In this document: piece after piece, positions 1-12,409 of the stretch
How the letters are laid out: every line of letters starts with the position of its first letter
How positions within the stretch are numbered: the stretch's first letter is position 1
NCBI RefSeq assembly: GCF_000143415.4
Contig: NW_003314285.1
Coordinates: forward strand, 1,329,370-1,393,369
Length of the DNA stretch: 64,000 nucleotides
Reading direction: 5' to 3'
Source: Selaginella moellendorffii
Taxonomy: Eukaryota > Plantae > Lycopodiophyta
Translations under genes and position numbers: made by a program
The notes under the pieces: model-generated
What the model was told of the DNA's origin: nothing
Database searches by the model: none
What the model saw: only the letters and a program-made list of their open reading frames with translations

Positions 1-39
1 TTGGCAGGCCCCAAGTCAGGATAAGAGGAAAAACTAATG

Positions 40-120
40 TGTTGAGAGTGGGATTCGAACCCACGCCCTTTCGGACCAGAACCTTAATCTGGTGCCTTCG
101 ACCAACTCGGCCATCTCAAC
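40..120 (-). tRNA. tRNA-Leu (anticodon AAG)
   Basis: Reverse complement reads GTTGAGATGGCCGAGTTGGTCGAAGGCACCAGATTAAGGTTCTGGTCCGAAAGGGCGTGGGTTCGAATCCCACTCTCAACA. Acceptor stem GTTGAGA/TCTCAAC, anticodon arm CCAGA-TTAAGGT-TCTGG, long variable arm, TTCGAAT T-loop, and a T5 terminator a few nt downstream. Confidence 0.96.
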
Positions 121-159
121 TTTGGACATCCGTATGCTTCCGTATGATCCTCCGTACGC

Positions 160-2283
160 ATGACTTTGTCCGGCGTGGATGACTTTGTCCACCTCGCTCG
201 GTCGTGCGCAAGGAGCAAATCGCTTGAGGATGCACGGGAGCTGGATTGGAAGATCGCCCAGAGCGCGCACTCCGGCAACAGGTTCCTGGCGAATCTCGTC
301 GTGGACATGTACGGCAAGTGCGGCAGCTTGCAAGACGCGAGGAATGCGTTTGCTCGGATCAAAGATCCAAACGTTTACTCGTGGAACATCGTAATCGCAG
401 CACATACCCAGAACGGGCAGCTGGATCACGCCCGTTTGCTGTTCGATCAGATGCCTCACAAGGATATAGTCTCGTTCAACTGTATCATCGCTGCGTATGC
501 GAGAAAGGGCGACTTGCGGGAGGCGAGAAAGATCTTTGAGAAGATGACCGATCGAGACACCGTGACTTGGAACACGATGCTTGCTGCGCATGCCCAAGGG
601 GGGCATTTGCGTGAGGCGAAGCTTTTGTTCGATCTCATGCCTTCCAAGAATGTGGTGTCTTGGAACGCGATGATCGGAGCTTACGCCGCGGCGGGACTGC
701 TTGCCGAGGCGCGGCTCGTCTTCGATCGGATGCCCACCCGCGATGTGGTGTCGGGGAATGCGATGATCGCCGCCTACGTCCACGGCAGCCAGATCCATGA
801 AGCGCGACGGATCTTCGACTCCATGCCAGAGAGAAATGTGGTGGCCTGGACCGCGATCATGGCTGGCTATGCCAATGCTGGCTACCTCGATTTCGCGAGG
901 ATCATCTTTGACAAGATACCCAACAAGAACATCGTCTCTTGGAACGCGATCATCGCCGCGTACATCCAGCACCACCGCTTGCTCGAAGCTCTCGCGATGT
1001 TCGACGATATGCCACAGCGGGATGTTGCGTCGTGGAACACGATGATCGCGGGGCTTGCGCAGGCCGGGCGGATCGATCATGCGCGCCGGCTTTTCGATTC
1101 CATGCCCAAGCGTGATCTTGTGTCATGGAACACGATGGTGAGTGGCTATGCGGCGTTGGGCTTCTTGGGCGAAGCTAGAGCGATCTTTGAAAAGATGGTA
1201 GACAAGGACGTTGTGTCGTGGAACACGTTAATTGCGGCATATTCTCACAATGGTAATGTACGTGAGGCAAAGATTCTCTTTGACAGAATGCCCGAGAGGG
1301 ATAATCCGTCGTGGAATGCCATGCTTTCAGCATATGCCGGTTCTGGGCATCTGGAAGATGCTAAGCGTTTGTTTGACAAGATGCCGGACAAGAATGTGGT
1401 GTCTTACACGTCAATGGTAGCGGCTTACGGGAGCAATGGCTGCTTGAACGAAGCAAAGGAGATGTTTGATTCGATGGTGGAGAGAAACGTCGTGTCGTGG
1501 AATGCGATGATCGCGGCATTTAATCAAAATGGTGGTGCTCGAGAGGGGATCGCGCTGTTCAAGGTGATGGATCTCGAGGGCGTGGAGATGGACAAGATCT
1601 CCATAGTTTGTGCTCTTGAGGCTTGCGCGCTGGCTGTGTCGCTTGTCGATGGAACTCGCGTCCACTCCAGCATTCTCGGAGGCAAGCTCGCTAGGGACTA
1701 CGTCGTGCAGACCGCGCTCGTGAACATGTACGGCAAGTGTGGGAACCTGGTCGAAGCTCGAAGGATCTTCGACTCGATGAGCTTCAACTTCCAGGACTCG
1801 GTGCCTTGGAACTCCCTCATTGTGGCCTACAGCCAAAACGGCGAGGGCGACAAGGCTCTGGATCTGTTTGGAACGATGGTGCTGGATGGGATGATCCCGG
1901 ACGAGATCACCTTCATGGGAGTTCTCAGCGTTTGCAGCCACGCGGGGCTTCTCGAGGAGGGTCTGCAATACTTCCGGACTCTGGGCGATCACGGGATCGT
2001 CCCGACTGTGGATCACTACAAGTGCGTGGTTGATCTGCTGGGACGCGCTGCGAAGCTGGAGGAAGCGTCGGGTCTCGTGGAAGCAATGCCGTATGAGCCC
2101 GACGAAGTTGCATGGATGACTCTCCTCAGCGCTTGCAAAGTTTACGACGATGACAAGATTGGGATGCGAGCGGCGGAGGGGCTCGTGGAGATTGATCCAG
2201 AGACGGCGGCACCGTATGTGTTGCTGTCCAACATATACGTAGAAAGGAACAAAGGCCCCGTAGCCGGAGCAAAGAAAGGATGA
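160..2283 (+). CDS. PLS-class pentatricopeptide repeat protein with C-terminal E-type extension, no DYW domain (probable organellar RNA-editing factor)
   Basis: Intronless 707-aa ORF. Twelve consecutive 31-aa motifs (..VSWNxMIAAYxxxG..EAxxxFDxMP), then P-L-S motifs, then HYKCVVDLLGRA..MPYEPDEVAWMTLLSAC..AAPYVLLSNIY (S2/E motifs). Confidence 0.95.
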   Translation: MTLSGVDDFVHLARSCARSKSLEDARELDWKIAQSAHSGNRFLANLVVDMYGKCGSLQDARNAFARIKDPNVYSWNIVIAAHTQNGQLDHARLLFDQMPHKDIVSFNCIIAAYARKGDLREARKIFEKMTDRDTVTWNTMLAAHAQGGHLREAKLLFDLMPSKNVVSWNAMIGAYAAAGLLAEARLVFDRMPTRDVVSGNAMIAAYVHGSQIHEARRIFDSMPERNVVAWTAIMAGYANAGYLDFARIIFDKIPNKNIVSWNAIIAAYIQHHRLLEALAMFDDMPQRDVASWNTMIAGLAQAGRIDHARRLFDSMPKRDLVSWNTMVSGYAALGFLGEARAIFEKMVDKDVVSWNTLIAAYSHNGNVREAKILFDRMPERDNPSWNAMLSAYAGSGHLEDAKRLFDKMPDKNVVSYTSMVAAYGSNGCLNEAKEMFDSMVERNVVSWNAMIAAFNQNGGAREGIALFKVMDLEGVEMDKISIVCALEACALAVSLVDGTRVHSSILGGKLARDYVVQTALVNMYGKCGNLVEARRIFDSMSFNFQDSVPWNSLIVAYSQNGEGDKALDLFGTMVLDGMIPDEITFMGVLSVCSHAGLLEEGLQYFRTLGDHGIVPTVDHYKCVVDLLGRAAKLEEASGLVEAMPYEPDEVAWMTLLSACKVYDDDKIGMRAAEGLVEIDPETAAPYVLLSNIYVERNKGPVAGAKKG

Positions 2284-2606
2284 GATATTTGGGAAATCGT
2301 GAAGGATGCTGCGAGGAAGATACACTGGTAGTATACGCGACAAAGACCACTCCCATATGGATCCATTCCTCGAGAAATTTTGTTTGATGCTATCTTCTCG
2401 GAGATCTCTCACAAAACGTCTTCTTCGCATCGATCGGCTTCTCCAGTTTTGAGACCGCGAACCTCTCGACCAAGATCAAAAGGGCCCGGGATCATTGAAA
2501 CGAAAGCACTGGGAATTGTCATCAAATCCTTGGAAAAGTTCACAGAAGTCTCTGTGACTTCACAGATGGAACAAAAACAAAGTCTCCTTGAGTTCACGCA
2601 CCTTTT

Positions 2607-4086
2607 TCATTGCACTCCAGACATTCTCGCCCAGTCCACGAACTGCATGCCTCCGTAGACGTTGTTCGCGAATCTTACGCCCACAGTGAACGCCATCGCC
2701 ACCAGCGGGACTCTCTTGGCCACCGGGCTAGCCTCCACTACACGCTCCAAACCATTGATGACTTGGTACCTCGTGTTGGAAGAAACACCCATGAACACGG
2801 CCCAGAGGAGAGCCGACTTGACGAGGGGTGGAACAGGGACGTCGGCGTGGCCCGGTTTCCCCATTTTCCTGTAAGACATCGGGGCTAAGCTCATACCGTC
2901 GAGAGAAAAAAGCATGTAAAGGTACCTCTTGAGAACCATGATCGAATTCGCAACCCCTTGACCAACCAATCCACAAACAAACCCCACAACTCCGTATTGA
3001 AGAGCCTGTGTAAAGGAGAGAGCGTCAGGCAATACAATCCGTTTGAAGTTTTTTTCCACCTTGAAGAAAAATGCGCCTAGTCGTTGTTGTACACTGAACT
3101 TCCGTCCTGGTCTCTCGGCTTCAAAAATGCTGGCAAAGAAAAAGCATGGCTGAAATATGTGCAAGTTTAAGGCGGACAGTACCTGCTTGGCAGAGCTTTG
3201 ATCGTTCTGGACAAGCGTCCAGCCGACGCAGGAGCGGCTCCAAATTGGACAAACGGAGCCAGCATCGTCACAAGCGCAACGTCCATGACGATGCCTACCA
3301 GCAAGTCCGACATGTAGAGCTCAAACTCGTTCCAAAAGTCCTTGCCACGCTTGTTGACCTCTGCAAACGTTGCACAGCCGGAATCAATAGCCACCTGTAG
3401 TACACAATACAAAAACAACCTTGAAACCAAAGCGAGAAGAAAACCATGCATGTACCTCGGTGAGAACTTTGAAAAGAAAGCTTGGATCCGCAAGCATCCG
3501 GTTGCGTAGAATCGGACTACTTCTCACCGCTGGACCAAGAGGCCAAGGAGCAGCCTGATCGAAAGAGTCAAGTTGAGCAAGCAAAGAAGAAAATGATCAC
3601 CTGAAAATCCAAGTAGCGTGTGAGGATGAGCTCTCGAAGCCCACTAGCTTTCGCAGCCTCGGCCAGATCCGCGGGAAGAACAGCCCCTCTCGCTTTAACC
3701 TGCCTTTCAACCTCCTCGGCGCTCAACAGGGATCCAAATTCCTTTTCTGCCCGATCGGATCCACCGTCGTCGCCATCACCATCGCCACTTCCATCGTCCC
3801 CTCCTCCCCCTCCTCCCCCCTTCCCTCCTCCACCGCCATCGCCAAAATCCTCTTCTCGATGCTGATGATCCTGGGCGATATTCAGCACATCCACGCCGGA
3901 TCCGGGCGCCGAGCAGCGGATTGGAAAGATTTGTCGCTTCTTGGCGAGAAAAAAGCCCCACCTGACACGGTCGATCTTGATTCTGGCGGCTCCCACGGCC
4001 ACGATGCCCCGGAAACGCGCAGCATTTGCATGATCGGCGATGGAGGCGGCAGTGGTGGCGCTAGAGCAGCGCTCCACCGCCAGCAT
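2607..4086 (-). CDS. RETICULATA-related chloroplast envelope protein (DUF3411), multi-exon
   Basis: Transit-peptide-like N-terminus and Gly/Asp-rich tract. Family motifs RNRMLADPSFLFK, FAEVNKRGKDFWNEFELY, FEAERPG..FSVQQR, FMGVSSNTRYQVING and FANNVYGGMQFVDWAR lie in exons separated by short GT-AG introns. Start ATG inferred at 4086. Confidence 0.9.
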
Positions 4087-4301
4087 TCTCACCTCTCTTC
4101 CCTTAAACCCTAAACCCGTCCTGGAAGAATGGCCAAAGTTCACGTGGAAAATTCGAGCCTTTAGTTTCCTAACAGGATTCGAACGCGAGTAGAAATTTAT
4201 ACATAAAAAGAATTAGTTTTAATCTTTAATAAGTTATTAGAATACTGCTAAATTAATTGCATTACCCAAAAAGTCTAAGAATTTTTTAGATATTACGGTT
4301 T

Positions 4302-7300
4302 TGTGAGTTTAAGTGTATGGCTACAATGCCCTATACTAATATTAGTGTAGTGGGATTTTGGTAGCTGTTAAATTAGTTTTAATCCAGATTACTCATTTTT
4401 GTATACAAATTAGGGTTAATATGCATATTTCTGTATTCCATTTCTATATTTTATACATTTACATTGGTGAAGATAAGGAGTAGCTTTACTTGTTCCTAAA
4501 GAGTGTTTAGATTTTGCTTTAGATTTAACTTTTACATTGTTTAAATCTCTTTTTTCTTATAATTTTTCTAAAATTTTTCTTTTTTGCTCTTTTACTTTCA
4601 TTCATTTTTATAGTAAAGTAATAGCCTCTTCCTTTTTGACTTTAGAGCAATAATTGGTGCAATTGCTCAATGGTATGTAATTGCAATTAAACAATCAAAC
4701 TCAGTTGATAGTGGCATTTATGGCATGTGGTATAACTACTCTTACTTTTGCTACCAATCCTTAAGTTTAGCTAAAGATTTTCCATAGGAATTCTAGGGAT
4801 AATATATATCATTAGTTCAATCACTTTATAATGATTGCCATATATCATTCTTGGGATGATGCTCAGTGTTTACATGAATTTCTCACGCAATGGTACAATG
4901 GTTTAAGTGCAGCCATTCATAAGGATTAAAGCATTCTCTCAGACATCAAAAATGAGCTTGGAAAGTAAACACTATATGAACTAGTGCTGAGTGAATCCTT
5001 TGATAATCTATAAGCAACCAAAGAAAACGATTCGAGAGACAGTCCATGGGATTCAAATATAGAGGGAAAGGGCCCATGAACAAGAGTGCACCCCCTTTTC
5101 CAATCGGTTAAGGGTCTTGGGATATTTAGGGTTAAGCGTCCTTGGGTTAAAATAGTACTGGGCTGGGTGACCTCCCGGGAAGTTCAAACTCAGGAGCTTA
5201 CATTTGGTATTGGAGCGGGTCTTGGGTCCGACTCTGTTGGTTGGCTAGGGGAATCACACCACATGTTGATTGACATCTGGCTGGTCCAGTTTGCTCCTGT
5301 TGGGCTCGACCCGAGGGGTAGGGTGTCAAGCGGCTCTCAACTTCCGTTCACGAGGGCGTGAACTTGTAGGGAAGCGTGGTGGATTGTAAGCAACCAAAGA
5401 GAACGACTCGAGAGACGGTCCATGGGGTTCAAATATAGAGGGAAAGGGCCCATAAACAAGAGTGCACCCCCTTTTCCAATCGGTTAAGGGTCTTGGGATA
5501 TTTGGGGTTAAGTGTCCTTGGGTTAAAATAGTACTGGGCTGGGTGACCTCCCAGGAAGTCCAAACTCAAGAGCTTACATAATCCTCTCAAAAAAAAGATG
5601 GAGGAGGGGTCATTAACTTATTCGCACAAGTACCTTTTGCTAATCGTGTGACTCTTTATTTTCCGAAAGCATCTCGGTGTCCAAACCTTCTACTGTAGCA
5701 GTGTCAATAGGGTATTATCAATGCCAAGGTCTTCACCTAGAAAATGAAGGTTATCAATTTGGAAAATGCTAACAATGTTAATAAGTGTGACCAACTTCAT
5801 CATACGCTCAATAGAGGATATCATGGCCATGACCATGTTCTCGTGCTTATCCTTGAACCCAGGTAGCAACAACATTAACCTCTATTGGAATAGGACCATC
5901 TCTCATATGAAGTGGAGCTAAAGGACATGCAATGAGAAGTGAAAAAGGTGACATCTCATAATGTTATATTAAATGAAAAGCATCATTAAAGGTGGCTGGA
6001 GCAAATGTATACATAAGTTCTACAAGATCTTGACGAAGTGAACTTGATCCACTCTGATATATTTGGCTCCGCACGAAGTAAGCGGCTTCAAAACCAAATG
6101 CTAAATTGCATCATAGACTTAAATGACCCTTGATGAAGACAATGCAATTGTTGGAAGATATCATTGTAATTGTCAACATATTCAAGTTTTATAACAAAAG
6201 GTCTTCTATTATTCTCTCCATGTTTGTTAATACAAAATCAAGTTTATCTTCTATTGCTCAGCCTATTGCCACACATTGTTGTTTACATTTGTGTAGTGTG
6301 GTAGAGCTAGTTTTCATTCTATATGGCAATAGTTGTACACATATATGTATGTATACAAGATGAGGTAGACCTAGTTGTGCATATGCGTGATTTCAAGCCT
6401 GAGCTACAATCATTGTGGATGGTGCTAAGTTAAGTTTTTAACCTTATCCTTAGTATGGATTGGTTGCGGCGTAATCATGCTAAATATGACTTTGAAACTT
6501 TTCCCCCTTATCTCATACTTCTTTATATGTCATTTATTCCTTTCACTTTTGTTCTTCTCCATCCTTTTACTTCTACCTCTACTTCCATCACTTTTGTCTT
6601 CCCATTACTTCCTTTTATATTTTCATTTTGCTCCTTTATTCCCTCTTCCGATCTTTTTAATAGTCTTTGTGTTGTAGTGATTGATCAACTTATGCAGGAG
6701 TATATTAATATGTTATTTGGGATCAAGATTGCAACACATCATTTTATTCCAACTAAGGATGCTCATTTAATCAAGGTTTTTGTTCATCATCAATCACCAA
6801 AAGAGATCAAAATCTTATACGCAAACATCAAAGAAATGTTGGAAAATAGTGTTATTTGAAAGTTATGGAGTCCTTGGGCATGTGAATCTCATATTATGAC
6901 AAAATCTGATTGGAGTATTCACTTTTGCATCGATTATCATCTGTTAAACGAAGTGATGATTCTAGATGTGTACCTTCTTCCTCACACTATTAATCTCTTG
7001 GATCGTTTAAGGAGAATTTGTTAATTCACCAAGTTAAATCTTGCTTTTGGGTATTAATAAGTGCCAATGGCCAAAGAAGATATTCCTAAGATTCCATTTA
7101 ATTTGAATAATGTTCTAGCAACTTTTTAGTAAATGATAAATGAGGTTCTTTATGACATATTGGAAGTAACTATTGACTTCATCAATAATGGATCTCGAAT
7201 CTTGATAAGCCCTTTAAAGTGCATTATGATACATTTGGCTATGCTATTGAGGATGTGGGAGGAATATATCTGTGATGTTCATAAGGTGCTGGATTAGCTA

Positions 7301-9625
7301 TAGAAAGTTGATCTAAAGATGAAGTAGTCAAAGTGTGTGTTTGGGTCTAAGGACATAACTTATCTTAGATACTATATTTTTCATGAGGGCTTGTAAATTG
7401 ATCTTGACAAACTTGTGGATGTTCTAAAGCTCCTTATTATAACATGTGTAAATGATATGCATCGCTTCTTGTGTAAGATGTAATATCTTGATTGTTTTGT
7501 TGATCATCTTTCTGATCACACTACATTATTGTGAGCGTTGTTGAAATCATCAATATCATCTTTCATCTGGTCTATGGATTGTGAGAAGGTGTTTACAGAT
7601 TTTAAAGAATTATTGACAACTCCTTCAATTTTGGCATATCCTAGCTATACTCAACCTTTCATTTTATGCGTAGACTTTTAATATCGGTTTTGGAGGTGTG
7701 CTAATGCAAAAATTCTCAAATATGTTTGGTTAGCACTATCCCATTACATATATCAGCCATATATTACAATTAACATAGATGAATTACTCCATGATAGATA
7801 AAGAGTGTTTAGCAGCAGTTTGGGGTTTCAAGAAATTTCATATATATTTACATGGTTCTCAAATATTACTAAAAAGTGATCATGCTGCAGTTATTTAATT
7901 ATTGAAGTGGAAGAACTTGGTTGGTTCAATTACTCAATGGGGTATATAATTTTGATGTTGTTTATTGCCTGAAGAGTTTTTATAGCTAATATTGATGCCC
8001 TTTCTCAAACTCCTTTTCCTTCTTCGCTCTCTTATTATGTTTTTTATGAGTCTATTGTTCCAGCACTTATGGATTTTGTAGACATAACATTAACGGTTGC
8101 TATACTTAATATTTAGTGTTCACAAGGTGTAGAGCAAAATTTACCTTTTCTTGATGATTCGAAAGCTTTGAGATAGGTTTGAGAATCCTAAATCATTTAT
8201 TAATGACTTGCTATTTTAGCATTTATATTTTTAGTATCACATTGAGGATGGCCTTCTTTATATTGTGGGGACAAATCCTAATGATCATTTATAGTTGGTG
8301 GTGCTTTCAATCTTTATTTCATGCTTTCTCCACGCTTACCATTATTCTCCTATTCTAGGTAGGCATATGGGACATTGTTCTATGACCAAAAAGCTACACA
8401 GGTCTTTCTATTGGTCAAATATGTGATGTGATGTTATTTGGTATGTGCATCTTGTAAGCTCGTAATACTCCCCTTCACGCTGCAAAAGGACAGTTGGAGT
8501 CAATTGCAATTTCTTATATGTTTGAGTTGATAGCATTCAATCTGATAGGGCCTTTTCCACGATCGATTGTTGGTAGTGAGTATGGCAATATTGCTTCTCA
8601 TTACTTGACTCATTGGGTGGAAGTTAGTGCTCTTTCTAGTACATCTACAATTGCTATTAGATACTTCCTCCTCAATTTAGTAGTGTTTTAGCATTCTTGT
8701 CCGAAGCAGATTCTTTTGGATAATAGTCCCATATTTATGACTGAGGCATTTCATGTTTTGATGTTTTAGTTGAGGATACACTACACTTTCACGAGTGCTT
8801 ATCATCCATAGACAAATGGTTTAGTGGAACGGCTCATTCAGACCTTCAAAGGGATGATTGCAAAGTACGTGAACTTTCAACATTTAGATTAGGATGGTTA
8901 TTTGTGATCTCTTTGGTATACATATATCACAAGGGTGTAAAGTTCTATTAGTGTTTCACTATATAATCTTCTATATGGTCATGATTTAATACTATCAATA
9001 GAGTTGGGTTTACCTTCATAATTGCCATAAGTTACCAATGCTAGGTCATAGGATTAATATTTGATGAGCATTCTTCCACTTATTTGACACCTGAGCCGCA
9101 TATAAATGGGACAAGAATGGCATTACAACTCCTATCATTGTCCGCATATAGAGTATAAAGTGGATGACTTGGTGTTAGTCTATTTTCCCAATCTTACGGT
9201 ACATGGTTTATCTAAAGGGCTCCTTGCTCAGTGGAAAGGAGCATATTAAATGTTGTGGCAAATGGTATTGCAAATTTATGAGGTTTGATATGATGTTTAA
9301 TATGTAAATCATCCAGAATCTATGCATGTGTAATAGTTAAAATGTTTCATATAAAGGGATCATGAATGCTAATACCTCCTCCTAATATTCCTCTAGATCC
9401 TAGCCCATCTACAAAAGAATGGTTTTCTATCATTTTGAGAGGAAAGTATGATGTGAGGTCTAAGTGTATGGTTACGATGTTCTATATTAATATTAGTGTA
9501 CTGGATTTTGATAGCTGTCAGATTGGTTTCAAACTAGACCACTTGCTCTTGTATATAAGCTAGGAGTTTTGAGATAATTAATATGTACATATTTTTATTC
9601 AATTTCTATTTTCCATATACTCACA
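4302..9625 (+). mobile_element. Degenerate Ty3/gypsy LTR retrotransposon with short (~160-175 bp) LTRs
   Basis: Diverged direct repeats 4302-4463 and 9452-9625 (TGTGAG...ACA). TGG PBS-like sequence follows the first and a purine tract precedes the second. Decayed protease (LILSMDWLRRNHAKYDF, ~6440), RT (~6850-7450), RNase H (~7650-8010) and integrase (~8340-9000, AYHP.TNGLVER) in gypsy order, with many stops. No clear TSD. Confidence 0.85.
5009..5578 (+). mobile_element. Cassandra-type TRIM (LTRs carrying 5S rRNA-derived sequence), nested in the gypsy element
   Basis: 194-bp LTRs at 5009-5202 and 5385-5578, 5-bp TSD TAATC on both sides, PBS TGGTATTGGAGC (initiator-Met-like) and PPT. Each LTR contains GGTTAAGYGTCCTTGGGTTAAAATAGTACTGGGCTGGGTGACCTCCCRGGAAGT, matching the 5S rRNA A-box/IE/C-box region. 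Confidence 0.92.
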
Positions 9626-11005
9626 ATTTTAATTTATTTTAGAAAAATATTAAAAAATTAAATGACATTTTTAATAAAATGAATATTTTTCCAGATTTAT
9701 AGTGTAAGCTAGGAAATTCTTGAGTTGTTAACTCTACATGGATCACTAGTTAAAAAACTAAATCTTTAGCAAGTTTATTATTATAAAGTATTAGATAAAA
9801 ATTAGAAAAAATATAAATTTTTAACTTTTGTAATATAAAAATAATGCATAATAGTAATAATTTATTTAAAGGTGCTATTTCAACTATGAAGCATTAAAAA
9901 ATATATTATTGATGGTTTGCAGTAATTATTCATTAAAGGAAATATTAAAGTTAAACCTAAATATAACCAATATATATAATAAAGATTATGATAAAATTAT
10001 AAATGGCTTTACAGAAATATCATTTTGAATAATAAAAAATTAGTATAGTTTACATATAGATAAATATGCACCATTACATGAAAAGATTTGAAATATATAA
10101 ATATTTAAATTTTATTTTAATAACTTAAATATTAGTGGCATCATTACCTAAAAATTAAATAAAATACAAATAGTAATACGTTTCTAATTTAACATAACAC
10201 AAAAATATTTTATTAATTACTTATTCATATTTAATATAATATGAATATTGGTCTTTTATTACCACCAGTAATAGGAAACAAATTATGCAATTATTGTTGG
10301 TGTAAACCATGCATGGCTTTACGTTAAGTATAGTTTCAATATTTTTTTTTTTTACTTTTAATGGTTTATTGCATTACCAAGACTATTGCATCCTTTTTAT
10401 CTTTTCTCTAGAGTATGCTATATTTATCTTTTTTTGAAAAAGATCATAGCATTTTCTCCTTTTTCCAAATGACAAAAATATTTACATAATGTTATTTTTG
10501 TTACTAAAGAATTTTAAAAAATAAATAAATAAATTTACTGCAATTAAGCAATTAAATTCCTGAAAAAGTTTTAAAAAAACTTGAACATTGAGATCTATGC
10601 TGCAACTAAATAAAAATTTTAGGAATCAGAATAGAATGCTTACTAAAAATAAAGTTTTCAACAAATCTTAAAATTCCTCTCAGAAACTCAATAAAACTTG
10701 TTTTGCAAACAATAGCAAAGCAAGAAAGAGAAACACAAATGAAAACTTAAACCTATTAGCAGAAAATATCTAAAAAATAATTGGAATTGACTAACAATTA
10801 GTTCCTCTGCTACAACTGGATCAAATTTAAGGAACCAGAACATTAAGAGAATGTTTCCAGAGAAACACAAATGCAAGCTGCGACTGGATGATTCATCTGA
10901 GCCAGTGTCAAATCTCTACAAAACTTTAATAAGGTGGAAAGTATCCACAACCACTTTAATCGCGAGCGATCGAGGACACTGCAGTTTAGTGATAATACAA
11001 ACGCC

Positions 11006-12247
11006 TTAATGCTTTTTCCGATTCTTAACGGAGTGTTGCGACAGGCGCTTCATGGCACCTAAAGAAATCTGCGTGTCTCTGGATAGAGAAAAATAAAAAA
11101 GAAATAACACGAAACTTTTCCTTTCAAGAATCAGCAATGAGAGTGCGTACCTTCTGTAGATGTAAAGCCCAGTGTAGAATAACAGCACAATCAAGACAGT
11201 GAAGAAGCAAGCTGCGTAGTAAACAGGTTGATTTCCCCTGTGCTGAAGAACCGAAAAAACCAAACTTGTAGGCAAGGAGATATCAAAACTTTTGTGGCTT
11301 ACTCCACTTCCTCTAGGAAAGTAGCTCCTTTTCCCTGGCTTGCAGCTGTGAGCGTCGCAAAATTGTCGTAGGAAAAAATCTGGGAACAAGCTTGCGGATG
11401 AGGAATGAATTTATGAAAGAAGCGTTAGATGGACAGACCATTGAGGCGCGTTGCCTGTGCACCTTGTTGCGGAGGAAAGCACGAGTTTGCTAGTTTCTAC
11501 TACAGACGGGAGAAGAGGAGTGAGCAACAAAAGAAGTTCTTAGTGATGGTTCCAGACCTCGCACAAGTGACGATTACGATCGACACTGGGGCTGCATTTG
11601 TTTTTGGAGAACTTGTGCTTGTCCTTGGTCTCCATGTAGTCGCAGTGCAAAGCGCCACAAACATCAGCTAGACAATTGTCGCGGCTCTAGAAACAAGCGT
11701 AGAAAAACTGGTGTTTTCTTTCTAACAAAAGAGGAAGAATAGACGTACCACATTGAGCGTTTCGGAATGCCGGTTGTCGAAATGCAAGTCGAGGTACTCC
11801 TCGCTCTCGAAAATCTTGTGGCAGTATCCACAACGCCAGTCGTGTATGTGGTAGAACTGCTTCTCACGCTCTTGCTCTCTGAAAGCGTCGTTGCTAGCAT
11901 GCAAGCGACACTGTGGAGACAAGGCATAGTTTTCATTCTCCACGAAAGGCAAAAGATACTGTAACACAAAAGAGCCAAAGGAAGAAACAAAGTAGTGGAT
12001 CAAAGAAATTAAGCTGGAAAGAAGAACCTCTTCCAAAATGTGTCTCGCCGTCCGGCTTCTAGCCCTGGAACACTGCACTCCATGATCCCCAGCAGCAGCA
12101 GCAGCTCTACAGCGCGAAATCAATCATTTTCCCCACAGTTCCAAGCGATCGATGCACGATGCAATGTGCTACTCACAGATTATGCGATCCAAGAAGAAGA
12201 GGAAGAAGAAGAAGAAGCAGCGCCGCAGAATCGATCGCGCCCAGCAT
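11006..12247 (-). CDS. Conserved plant protein with signal peptide, C2H2-type zinc-finger motif and C-terminal transmembrane helix, multi-exon
   Basis: Exon 1 MLGAIDSAALLLLLLPLLLG (signal peptide), then CSRARSRTARHILEE, WRCGYCHKIFESEEYLDLHFDNRH, FFLRQFCDAHSC and a TM segment YYAACFFTVLIVLLFYTGLYIY. Short GT-AG introns. Confidence 0.85.
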
Positions 12248-12409
12248 CTGGCGCCCCTCCCAGCTAGCTCTAGGGCTCCTCGCTTAAACAGAGACAGAAT
12301 ATCCACAAGAACCCTGTTTTTTAGGGTTCCTCGAGCGTGGAGACAGTTGATGTTACACGGATCAACAAGCGGCACAAGGCAAGCGACATCCCATTCTTTG
12401 CCTCCAATG

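Noticed and set aside
34-2430. Long minus-strand ORFs (348 aa and 339 aa) opposite the PPR gene
   Set aside because: Antisense shadows of a GC-rich repetitive coding sequence, with no independent motifs.
3620-3865. Proline-rich plus-strand ORF
   Set aside because: Antisense of the Gly-rich tract of the RETICULATA-related gene.
4175-4190. GGATTCGAAC B-box-like motif upstream of the RETICULATA-related gene
   Set aside because: No cloverleaf or A-box. It also shows such short motifs can arise by chance, which tempers the RPC3 promoter finding.
5130-5561. 5S rRNA genes
   Set aside because: Only the ~55-nt internal region is 5S-like, and it is embedded in LTRs with a TSD, so it belongs to a TRIM and not to rDNA.
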